The position numbers were made by a program, and so were the translations under genes. DNA of 64,000 bases from the NCBI GenBank assembly GCA_044868695.1, contig JBIOWP010000107.1:4966-68965 (forward strand), read 5' to 3'. This DNA is from a bacterium (GTDB taxonomy: Bacteria > Sysuimicrobiota > Sysuimicrobiia > Sysuimicrobiales > Kaftiobacteriaceae). How positions within the stretch are numbered: position 1 is the stretch's first letter; the number at the start of each line of letters is the position of its first letter. Shown here in pieces: positions 9,788-17,514 of this stretch. The notes beneath the pieces are model-generated. The model was not told the origin of the DNA. It made no database searches and worked only from the letters and a program-made list of their open reading frames with translations.

Positions 9788-9803
9788 TATCAACATGTTG
9801 TGG
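9788..9803. promoter_or_regulatory. Putative NrdR box upstream of thyX
   Basis: tatCAACATGTTGtgg: perfect 10-bp palindromic core matching the NrdR consensus acaCwAyATrTwGtgt. Confidence 0.65.
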
Positions 9804-9807
9804 ATAA
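9799..9807 (-). promoter_or_regulatory. Perfect DnaA box (TTATCCACA) overlapping the NrdR box
   Basis: + strand TGTGGATAA is the reverse complement of the canonical DnaA box. Confidence 0.6.
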
Positions 9808-9859
9808 GTTGGGGGTGGAGCCCCAGGGCCTGCGCCGAGCGGCCGTTCGCATCATCAAT

Positions 9860-9894
9860 GGGGTCAGACCCCTTTGACGAACGGGGTCAGACCC
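9860..9894. repeat. Doublet of REP-like palindromes GGGGTCAGACCC(C)
   Basis: Two copies at 9860-9872 and 9883-9894 in the thyX/Nudix divergent intergenic region. Confidence 0.75.
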
Positions 9895-9946
9895 GTCCTC
9901 GGCTGGCGGCCGGAGGATGGCCCGGCGGGGTGTCAAACTCAGCGTC

Positions 9947-10525
9947 ATGACTGAGCTGGCCGATCTCATCCGCCGCCGGCTGGCCGGCAGGACCCGCCGC
10001 ATGATCCGGGATCCGGCGTCGCGGCCGGCCGCCGTCCTCATTCCATTGCACGCCGACCGCGGAGAACCCGCCGTCCTGTTCACCAGGCGCACGGAAACCG
10101 TCGAGCACCACAAAGGTCAGATCTCTTTTCCCGGCGGCGCAGTGGACGACGCGGACCTCGACGCGCCGTCCACCGCGCTGCGGGAGACGGAAGAAGAGTT
10201 GGGAATCTCGCGGGACCGAGTCGAGATCCTGGGGCTGCTTGACGACGTTCTGGCCTCGGTCAGCGGATTTGTGATCACACCGGTCGTGGGGCTCATTCCC
10301 TCCTCCGCGCCGCTGCGCGTGAACGCGGCGGAGATTGCCGAAGTGCTCACGGTGCCGCTGCGCGTGTTTCGCGATCCGTCCGCCATGCGGATTGAACGCC
10401 GGGAGCGCGATGGCCGCGCGTATGACGTGTACTTCTACACCCACGGCCCCTATGAGATCTGGGGAGTGACGGGGTACATCATGAAAGCCTTTATTGATGC
10501 GGTGTTTGGGGAGATGCGTGCATGA
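9947..10525 (+). CDS. Nudix hydrolase, CoA pyrophosphatase (NudL/PCD1-like)
   Basis: AAVLIPL, HKGQISFPGG, Nudix box ALRETEEELG, IWGVTG. Confidence 0.92.
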   Translation: MTELADLIRRRLAGRTRRMIRDPASRPAAVLIPLHADRGEPAVLFTRRTETVEHHKGQISFPGGAVDDADLDAPSTALRETEEELGISRDRVEILGLLDDVLASVSGFVITPVVGLIPSSAPLRVNAAEIAEVLTVPLRVFRDPSAMRIERRERDGRAYDVYFYTHGPYEIWGVTGYIMKAFIDAVFGEMRA

Positions 10526-11208
10526 TCGCGGTGCTCGCTGACATCCACGGCAACCTATGGGCGCTGCAGGCCGTCCTGCAGGATCTGGACCGGCTGGGGC
10601 CCTCGCGGGTGATCGTGGCCGGTGACCTGGCGCTGGGCGGCCCGAGTCCCGCGGATTGTGTCGCGTTGATCCGCCGCCGCGGCTTTCCTGCGATTCGCGG
10701 CAACACCGATGAGTGGTTGACCAGGAAGCCGGGCGCGATCGCCGACGGGATCACATGGGCAGCGGCGCAGCTGTCCGACGCGGACCGGGCGTATCTCGCC
10801 GGGCTGCCGTTTCTGTGGCGGCTGTCCGATCCGGCGGGCGACCTCGTGGTCGTGCACGCAACGCCGTGGAGCATCGCCGATGTCGTGGCGCCCGACGCCC
10901 CCGCGCCGCTGGTCGACCGCGTGTTTACTGAAGCGGCGGCGTCAGCCGTCGTCTATGGGCACATCCACATCGCCTACATCCGCCAGGACGGTCGGCGACT
11001 GCTGGTCAATACCGGCAGCGTCGGGCTGCCCTTTGACGGAGACCGGCGGGCGTCGTATGCGATCCTGACGACGGAGTCCGGAGCCTGGCGGGCAACCCTG
11101 CGCCGGGTGGACTATGACCTGTCCGAGGTGCTGCAGGCTTCACGGGGAATCGGCAACCCCGAGGGGGACCGGTTCGCAAAGCGCCTGGAAACCGCCTCAT
11201 TTCGGTGA
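10522..11208 (+). CDS. Metallophosphoesterase (YfcE/calcineurin-like family)
   Basis: DIHGN, GDL, GNTD, HAT, GHIH, NTGSVG motifs. Confidence 0.9.
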   Translation: MIAVLADIHGNLWALQAVLQDLDRLGPSRVIVAGDLALGGPSPADCVALIRRRGFPAIRGNTDEWLTRKPGAIADGITWAAAQLSDADRAYLAGLPFLWRLSDPAGDLVVVHATPWSIADVVAPDAPAPLVDRVFTEAAASAVVYGHIHIAYIRQDGRRLLVNTGSVGLPFDGDRRASYAILTTESGAWRATLRRVDYDLSEVLQASRGIGNPEGDRFAKRLETASFR

Positions 11209-11387
11209 ATTTCGAAGAGATACCTGGATTTGGGCAAAAATTGGCAAAATTTGAGGCTCACCTCACCATTTCTCTAAAAATCGCCGTATTATTCGCGATT
11301 CCATGACTATGCGCTCCTCCGTTTGGCTGTTCCGGATGGGGGTGCCCCCTTGCTATACTGGGCATGACTCCCTCTGGAGGCTCCCAC

Positions 11388-11735
11388 ATGAAGCAGCAGG
11401 TCACCCCCAACCCGAACCCCAACCCCGTCTTCACCGTCAGCGTCGCCAGCAGCCTTGTGGGTGTCTCGCCCCAAACCCTGCGCAGGTGGGAGCGGTATGG
11501 CCTCGTGTGCCCCGTTCGGGAAGGTCGGTCGCGCCGGAGGCTCTACTCGTGGCCTGAGATCGAGCGGGCGCAGGAAATCCGCTACCTGGTGATCCGCAAG
11601 CGCGTGCCGCTCCGCGCCGTAAAGTTGCAGCTGCGTCCGGCGGTCGCGCGTAAAGCGACTGGGCTTCCCGCCAAGAGCGACGGCCGCACGGGCGCCCCGC
11701 TGATTCCCCGCCTCGCCCTGGGCATTCCGCGCTAG
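11388..11735 (+). CDS. MerR-family HTH regulator (HspR-like, no effector domain)
   Basis: PVFTVSVASSLVGVSPQTLRRWERYGLV..R....RLYS MerR HTH; extended -10 TGcTATACT at 11351-11359 and GGAGG RBS. Confidence 0.82.
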   Translation: MKQQVTPNPNPNPVFTVSVASSLVGVSPQTLRRWERYGLVCPVREGRSRRRLYSWPEIERAQEIRYLVIRKRVPLRAVKLQLRPAVARKATGLPAKSDGRTGAPLIPRLALGIPR

Positions 11736-11753
11736 TACCCGGTCAACTGCGTA

Positions 11754-11850
11754 AATCGTGAATCGCGAATCGTGAATCGCGACTGCATCTCCACTTTTGG
11801 CTTGACCGTAGTATTCTAAGAGTAGTACCGAATATCGATTCACGATTCAC
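11754..11850. repeat. Inverted pair of heptamer tandem arrays (AATCGYG x4 / CGATTCA x2) bracketing the iscS promoter
   Basis: AATCGTG-AATCGCG-AATCGTG-AATCGCG at 11754-11781; complementary CGATTCA x2 at 11836-11849; TTGACC lies between. Confidence 0.8.
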
Positions 11851-11868
11851 ATCTCCTGACGCACCGCG

Positions 11869-13038
11869 ATGAGTGCAGATCGCCGCATCTACCTGGACCA
11901 CGGTGCCACCACGCCCACCGATCCGCGGGTGGTGGAGGCGATGCTGCCGTTCTTTGCCGAGAAGTTCGGGAACGCCGGCAGCGTCCACGCGTTCGGGCAG
12001 GAGGCACGCGAGGCGGTGGACCGTGCGCGAGCGCTCGTCGCCACCGCCGTCGGCGCGAGTCCGCAGGAGATCGTCTTCACCAGCGGCGCCACTGAAGCGG
12101 ACAACTTCGCCATACTCGGCGCGGCGTGGGCCAACGAGTCGCGCGGACGGCACATCATCACCTCCGCGGTCGAGCATCACGCCGTGCTTGAGCCCTGCCG
12201 GTTCCTTGAGTCGCGGGGGTGGGAAGTGAGTTACCTTTGTGTGGACGGCGACGGGCGCGTGGATCCGGACGATGTGCGCCGCGCCATCCGCGGCGACACG
12301 ACCTTGATCTCAGTGATGCACGCCAACAACGAAATCGGAACCCTGGAACCGGTCGCGGAAGTCGGACGGATCGCCCGCGAACGCGGCATCCTGATGCACA
12401 GCGACGCCACGCAGTCGGTGGGCATCCTCCCGGTCAACGTGGACGCGCTGTCTGTGGATCTGCTGTCGATGTCCGCGCACAAGCGCTATGGCCCGAAGGG
12501 CGTCGGCGCACTGTACATCCGGAAGGGATCGAAGCTGGCGCGGGTGCAGCACGGCGGTTCGCATGAGCGCAACCGCCGGGCCGGGACGGAGAACGTGCCG
12601 GCGATCGTGGGGTTCGGAACTGCACTGGCCATCGCGCTCCCCGGCATGGATGGTGAGGCCGCCCGGCTGCGCCGCCTGCGCGACCGTCTCATCGACGGGC
12701 TCACCAGCCATCCCGGCGCTCGCCTCAATGGCCACCGCAGCGACCGGCTGCCGGGAAACGTGAACGTCTCATTCGAAGGGACCGACAGCGAGTCCATCCT
12801 GCTGGCGCTCGACCTGCGGGGCGTGGCGGCGAGCAGCGGGTCGGCCTGTACGTCGGGCAGCCTCGAGCCCTCGCACGTGCTCAGCGCCATCGGCCTGCCG
12901 CCCGAGGCCGCCGCCGGCACGGTCCGCCTGACGCTGGGACGCTGGAACACCGACCAGGAGGTCGACGACCTGCTGGCCATGGTTCCTGAGATTCTTCGCA
13001 GTCTCCGCGGAGTGCGTGCGGGCGCCCGTCCCAGCTGA
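11869..13038 (+). CDS. iscS: Cysteine desulfurase (IscS/NifS class I)
   Basis: YLDHGATT, FTSGATE, SAHKRYGPKG (PLP Lys), SSGSACTS catalytic Cys loop. Confidence 0.95.
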   Translation: MSADRRIYLDHGATTPTDPRVVEAMLPFFAEKFGNAGSVHAFGQEAREAVDRARALVATAVGASPQEIVFTSGATEADNFAILGAAWANESRGRHIITSAVEHHAVLEPCRFLESRGWEVSYLCVDGDGRVDPDDVRRAIRGDTTLISVMHANNEIGTLEPVAEVGRIARERGILMHSDATQSVGILPVNVDALSVDLLSMSAHKRYGPKGVGALYIRKGSKLARVQHGGSHERNRRAGTENVPAIVGFGTALAIALPGMDGEAARLRRLRDRLIDGLTSHPGARLNGHRSDRLPGNVNVSFEGTDSESILLALDLRGVAASSGSACTSGSLEPSHVLSAIGLPPEAAAGTVRLTLGRWNTDQEVDDLLAMVPEILRSLRGVRAGARPS

Positions 13039-13107
13039 GCCTGCGCGCTCCGGTGCCGGGCGCGGTCTGCGGTAGCACGGGAGTTCCGAATCGCGCGGCG
13101 AAAGCAG

Positions 13108-13470
13108 ATGGTCGTGACCGATTACCTCCCGATTTTCGTGCACTTCGCCCTGGCCGTCCTGCTGACAGGCGGACTCCTGGCGGCGCATGCGGTCCTGGGC
13201 GCCCGGCGCTCTCCGCTGCCGGGTAAGGTCGAGCCTTATGAATCGGGCGTCTGGCCGATCGGGTCGGCGCGCGAGCGCGTGCCCATCCGCTACTACCTCA
13301 TTGCGATGCTGTTCCTGCTGTTTGACGTCGAGGCGGTGTTCCTCTACCCGTGGGCAGTGGTCGCCCGCGAGCTGAAGGTGCTCGGGTTGATTGAGATGCT
13401 GGCGTTTGTGGGCGTGCTCGGCCTGGGGTTCCTCTACGCGTGGAAACGGGGGGCGCTGGAGTGGCAGTAA
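13108..13470 (+). CDS. nuoA: NADH-quinone oxidoreductase subunit A
   Basis: PYESG loop, [25 protein letters not shown]. Confidence 0.96.
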   Translation: MVVTDYLPIFVHFALAVLLTGGLLAAHAVLGARRSPLPGKVEPYESGVWPIGSARERVPIRYYLIAMLFLLFDVEAVFLYPWAVVARELKVLGLIEMLAFVGVLGLGFLYAWKRGALEWQ

Positions 13471-14003
13471 GAGAACCCCGCGGCACGCTCGTCTCCCGCG
13501 CGAAGTCGCCCGCCGAGGCAACGGAGGCCGATGTCCGCGCGCTGGAAGGCAGCCTCCTCACGACGACCGTGGAGCGCGTGGTGGGATGGGCGCGGAAGTC
13601 CTCGGTGTGGCCCACCCAGTTCGGGCTGGCCTGCTGCGCGATCGAGATGATGTCCACCGCCGCTGCGCGGTTCGACATCGCCCGCTTCGGCAGCGAGCTG
13701 TTCCGCGCGTCGCCGCGTCAGGCCGACCTGATGATCGTCTCAGGCCGCGTCTCGCAGAAGATGGCGCCCGTCATCAAGCACATCTACGAGCAGATGCTGG
13801 AGCCGAAGTGGGTCATCGCGATGGGGGACTGCGCGAGCTGCGGCGGCGTGTTCAACAACTACGCGCTGGTGCAGGGCGTGGACAAGCTCATTCCCGTCGA
13901 TGTCTACGTGGCCGGGTGCCCGCCGCGCCCGGAGGCGCTGCTGTACGGGTTCCTCAAACTGCAGGAGCTCATCGCCGCCTCGTCACGGCGGAGGGCGCGA
14001 TGA
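13461..14003 (+). CDS. nuoB: NADH-quinone oxidoreductase subunit B
   Basis: [30 protein letters not shown] (N2 cluster ligands); start uncertain (GTG 13461). Confidence 0.95.
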   Translation: MAVREPRGTLVSRAKSPAEATEADVRALEGSLLTTTVERVVGWARKSSVWPTQFGLACCAIEMMSTAAARFDIARFGSELFRASPRQADLMIVSGRVSQKMAPVIKHIYEQMLEPKWVIAMGDCASCGGVFNNYALVQGVDKLIPVDVYVAGCPPRPEALLYGFLKLQELIAASSRRRAR

Positions 14004-14512
14004 TGCATCCCGCAGAGGACCTGGTCCAACGGCTCGGCGAGGCCGTACTCGAGCGGGTGGCATTCCGTGACGAGCTCACCCTCGTGGTCGCGCGCGACCG
14101 CATCCTCCGTTCGCTTGAGGCCGCCCGGGATGCGGGCTTCCGCATGCTCACGGACCTAACGGCCGTCGACCGCCACCCCGCAGTCCCGCGGTTCGAGGTC
14201 GTGTACCTGCTGACATCGCTCGAACCGCGTGGCCGGGTGCGCCTGAAGGTGCAGGTCGCCGCCGACGACACGGTGGTTCCGTCGGCGACGGCGCTGTGGC
14301 CCGCCGCGAACTGGCTGGAGCGGGAAGTGTTCGACCTGTTCGGCATCCGCTTTGAGGGCCACCCAGACCTGCGGCGGATCCTGCTGCCGGATGAGTGGGA
14401 AGGGTATCCGCTGCGCAAAGATGCTCCGCTGGTCGAAGAACCCGTGGAATTTGTCGGCCACACGCCGAAGGTCCCCAGCCAGATCATCCCGAAGTCGCCG
14501 CCCCGCTCGTAG
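14000..14512 (+). CDS. nuoC: NADH-quinone oxidoreductase subunit C
   Basis: [39 protein letters not shown]. Confidence 0.95.
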   Translation: MMHPAEDLVQRLGEAVLERVAFRDELTLVVARDRILRSLEAARDAGFRMLTDLTAVDRHPAVPRFEVVYLLTSLEPRGRVRLKVQVAADDTVVPSATALWPAANWLEREVFDLFGIRFEGHPDLRRILLPDEWEGYPLRKDAPLVEEPVEFVGHTPKVPSQIIPKSPPRS

Positions 14513-14524
14513 GCGAAGCCGCAG

Positions 14525-15703
14525 ATGAGCGAACCCGTCCGCGAGACCCTCGTGCTCAACATGGGACCGCAGCACCCCGCGACCCACGGAGTGCTGCGGC
14601 TCCTGCTCGAGCTGGAAGGCGAAGTCATCCTCGGGACCGAGCCCGTCATCGGCTACCTGCACACCGGGTTCGAGAAAGAGATGGAGACCCGGACGTATCA
14701 TCAGAATATCGTCTTCCCGCCCCGCATCGAGTACCTCGCGACCTTCATCGAGGAACAGGCCTACGTCCTGGCGGTGGAAAAGTTGCTCGGGATCACCGCG
14801 CCCAAGCGCGCCGAGGGGATCCGGCTCATCCTCGCCGAGCTCTCGCGGATCGCCAGCCACCTCGTGTACCTGGGGACCGCGGCCATCGACCTCAACGTCA
14901 GCAGCGTCTTTATGTACTGTTTCCGCGACCGCGAGCAGCTGCTAGACATCTTTGAGATGGTGTCGGGCCAGCGGATGATGCACGGCTACTTCCGCATCGG
15001 CGGGCTGCAGTGGGATCTTCCCGAGGGCTTTGAGGCGCGGGTCCGCGCATTTCTGGACGAGCTGCCCGCGCATCTCGACGAATACGAGACGCTGCTCACC
15101 GATAACCTCATCTGGCGGAAACGGACCGAGGGGGTCGGGGTGCTAAGCGCCGAGGACGCGGTGCGCTACGGCTGCACGGGACCGGTGCTGCGCGGCTCGG
15201 GCGTGGCCTACGACGTCCGCAAAGCCTTTCCGTACGGCGGGTACGACGAAGTCGAGTTCGATGTGCCGCTCGGGACGAACGGCGACGCGTTCGACCGGTA
15301 CCGGGTCCGCATGGACGAGATGCGGCAGAGCCGGCGCATCATTCTGCAGGTGCTCGACCGCCTGCCCGGCGGCCCGGTGCTCGTGGAGGACCGTAAGGTC
15401 GCCCTGCCCCCGCGGCGGGAACTGGTCCGCAGCATGGAGGCGGTCATTCACCAGTTCAAACTGGTGAGCGAAGGGATTCACCCGCCCGTTGGCGAGGTCT
15501 ACGCCGCGGTGGAGTCCCCCCGCGGCGAGAAAGGGTACTACCTGGTCAGCGACGGGAGCAATCGCCCGCTTCGGGCGCGCGTGCGGTCTGCCTCGTTTAA
15601 TAACTTGCAGGCGCTGCCAGTCATGCTCTCCCGCGGCACGATTGCCGACGTCGTGGTGGCCATCGCGTCCATCGACATCGTGCTGGGGGACGTGGACCGA
15701 TGA
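14525..15703 (+). CDS. nuoD: NADH-quinone oxidoreductase subunit D
   Basis: LNMGPQHPATHGVLRL, GYLHTGFEK, ESPRGE, DIVLGDVDR. Confidence 0.97.
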   Translation: MSEPVRETLVLNMGPQHPATHGVLRLLLELEGEVILGTEPVIGYLHTGFEKEMETRTYHQNIVFPPRIEYLATFIEEQAYVLAVEKLLGITAPKRAEGIRLILAELSRIASHLVYLGTAAIDLNVSSVFMYCFRDREQLLDIFEMVSGQRMMHGYFRIGGLQWDLPEGFEARVRAFLDELPAHLDEYETLLTDNLIWRKRTEGVGVLSAEDAVRYGCTGPVLRGSGVAYDVRKAFPYGGYDEVEFDVPLGTNGDAFDRYRVRMDEMRQSRRIILQVLDRLPGGPVLVEDRKVALPPRRELVRSMEAVIHQFKLVSEGIHPPVGEVYAAVESPRGEKGYYLVSDGSNRPLRARVRSASFNNLQALPVMLSRGTIADVVVAIASIDIVLGDVDR

Positions 15704-17514
15704 CGAACGGGCTGTCAGAGAGCGCCAAAACGGAGATCCGGCGTCTAGTGGCGCAGTTCCCGCAGGCGCAGTCGGCCCTGCTGGGCGCGCTGTTTGTGGC
15801 ACAGCAGGAGGCCGGCTACCTGACGCCCGGCGCGCTCGCCGACGTAGCAGCGGTCATGGAGCTTCCGGTGAGCGAGGTCACCTCCGTCGCCTCGTTCTAC
15901 CACCTCCTCCGGTTCACACCCGGCGGCCGGCACGTCGTCCAGGTCTGCACGAACGTTCCCTGCCTGCTCGCCGGATGCGGACGGATACTCGACCATCTGC
16001 GGAACACCCTCGGCGTCGACGTCGGGGAGACCACGCCCGACGGCGTGTTCACGCTGCGGACGGCGGAGTGCCTGGCCGCCTGCGATGCCGCCCCGATGAT
16101 GATGGTCGGTGCTGAGCGGTTTGGCCCGTTGACCCCGGCACGAGTAGATGACGTCCTGAATGGCTACCGGCACGGTGCGGGGGGTCAGGTGTCAGGGGCC
16201 CCTCGCCCGACCCCCGAGCTCAGTTCCCCGGCCCCGCCGGCCGCAAGAGAGCCCTTCCTCCTCAAATACGTTCGCGAACCCGACCAGGCCGAGCTGGATG
16301 CCTACCGCGGGCGCGGCGGCTATGAAGGGCTGCGCCGCGCGCTCACGCTGAGCGCCGACGCGGTGACCGAGGAGGTGGACAAGTCCGGACTCCGCGGGCG
16401 GGGAGGCGCCGGCTTTGCGACGGGCAGGAAGTGGAAGTTCATCCCCAAGGATCCGGCAATCACCCGGTATGTGGTCATCAACGCCGACGAGGGCGAACCG
16501 GGAACGTTCAAGGACCGGACGCTACTGGAGGGCGATCCACACCGGATGATCGAGGGCATCGCGATCGCCAGTTACGCCGTCGGCGCCCACTATGCGTTCA
16601 TCTATCTCCGCAGGGAGTTCGATCAGGCGCGCGCGAAGCTGGAGCGCGCCCTGGCACAGGCGTATGCGGCGGGACTGCTGGGCCGGAATGTCCAGGGCAG
16701 CGGGTTCGACCTCGAGGTCGTGCTGGCCACCGGCGCCGGTGCCTACATCGCCGGTGAGGAGACCGCGCTGCTGGAATCGCTGGAGGGCCGGCGCGCGATG
16801 CCGCGGCTCAAGCCGCCGTATTATCCGGCCGTGAAGGGGCTGTACATGCAGCCGACCGTGGTCAACAACGTGGAGACCCTGTGCCACGTCGCGTGGATTC
16901 TCGCCAAGGGAGCCGAGTGGTACCGGCAGCAGGGGCCGCCGATCCTCATCTCGGTCAGCGGGCACGTGGCCCGCCCCGGCGTCTACGAAGTGCCGCTGGG
17001 CACGACCGTCCGGCAGGTGATCGACCGCGCCGGGGGCGTGCGGGATGGGCATCAGTTCAAAGCGTGCTTCCCCGGCGGCTCGTCGTCGGCCATCCTGCCG
17101 GCCGCATACCTGGACACGCCCATGGACTACGACGCGCTGGCCAAGCTCGACGTCTACGGCTCGATGCTGGGTTCGGGTGCGCTCATCGTGATGGACGACA
17201 CGACCTGCATGGTAGAGGTCGTCGCCCGCACTGTGGAGTTCTACCGCGACGAGTCCTGCGGGAAGTGCACTCCCTGCCGCGAGGGGACGATGTGGCTGGG
17301 CCAGGCGCTGCGGCGTCTGCTCGCCGGAGGGGGCCGGCCGGAAGATCTGCAGCTGCTGGAGAGCATTGCACGCGGCATGACCGGAACGTGCTTCTGCCCG
17401 CTGGGCGAGAGCGTGCCGCCGGCCATTTACTCGACGCTGCGGTTCTTCCGCCACGAGTACGAGCATCACGTGAAGACGGGACGGTGCGACGTGGGCGAGG
17501 CCATCCATGCCTAA
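15700..17514 (+). CDS. nuoEF: Fused NADH-quinone oxidoreductase subunits E and F
   Basis: N-terminal NuoE 2Fe-2S motif (CTNVPC...CLAAC) joined by a Pro-rich linker to NuoF (GRGGAGF, NADEGEPGTFKDR, GEETAL, ESCGKCTPC, CFCPLG) in one 604-aa ORF. Confidence 0.93.
   Translation: MTNGLSESAKTEIRRLVAQFPQAQSALLGALFVAQQEAGYLTPGALADVAAVMELPVSEVTSVASFYHLLRFTPGGRHVVQVCTNVPCLLAGCGRILDHLRNTLGVDVGETTPDGVFTLRTAECLAACDAAPMMMVGAERFGPLTPARVDDVLNGYRHGAGGQVSGAPRPTPELSSPAPPAAREPFLLKYVREPDQAELDAYRGRGGYEGLRRALTLSADAVTEEVDKSGLRGRGGAGFATGRKWKFIPKDPAITRYVVINADEGEPGTFKDRTLLEGDPHRMIEGIAIASYAVGAHYAFIYLRREFDQARAKLERALAQAYAAGLLGRNVQGSGFDLEVVLATGAGAYIAGEETALLESLEGRRAMPRLKPPYYPAVKGLYMQPTVVNNVETLCHVAWILAKGAEWYRQQGPPILISVSGHVARPGVYEVPLGTTVRQVIDRAGGVRDGHQFKACFPGGSSSAILPAAYLDTPMDYDALAKLDVYGSMLGSGALIVMDDTTCMVEVVARTVEFYRDESCGKCTPCREGTMWLGQALRRLLAGGGRPEDLQLLESIARGMTGTCFCPLGESVPPAIYSTLRFFRHEYEHHVKTGRCDVGEAIHA

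Noticed and set aside
9605-9796. 64-aa N-terminal extension of ThyX from the ORF track
   Set aside because: Low-complexity, non-ThyX-like sequence; an RBS precedes GTG 9604 and the extension overlaps regulatory sites.
11250-11270. HAIR (HspR) operator upstream of the MerR-like gene
   Set aside because: TTTGAGGCTCACCTCAC does not give the CTTGAGT-N7-ACTCAAG spacing or symmetry.
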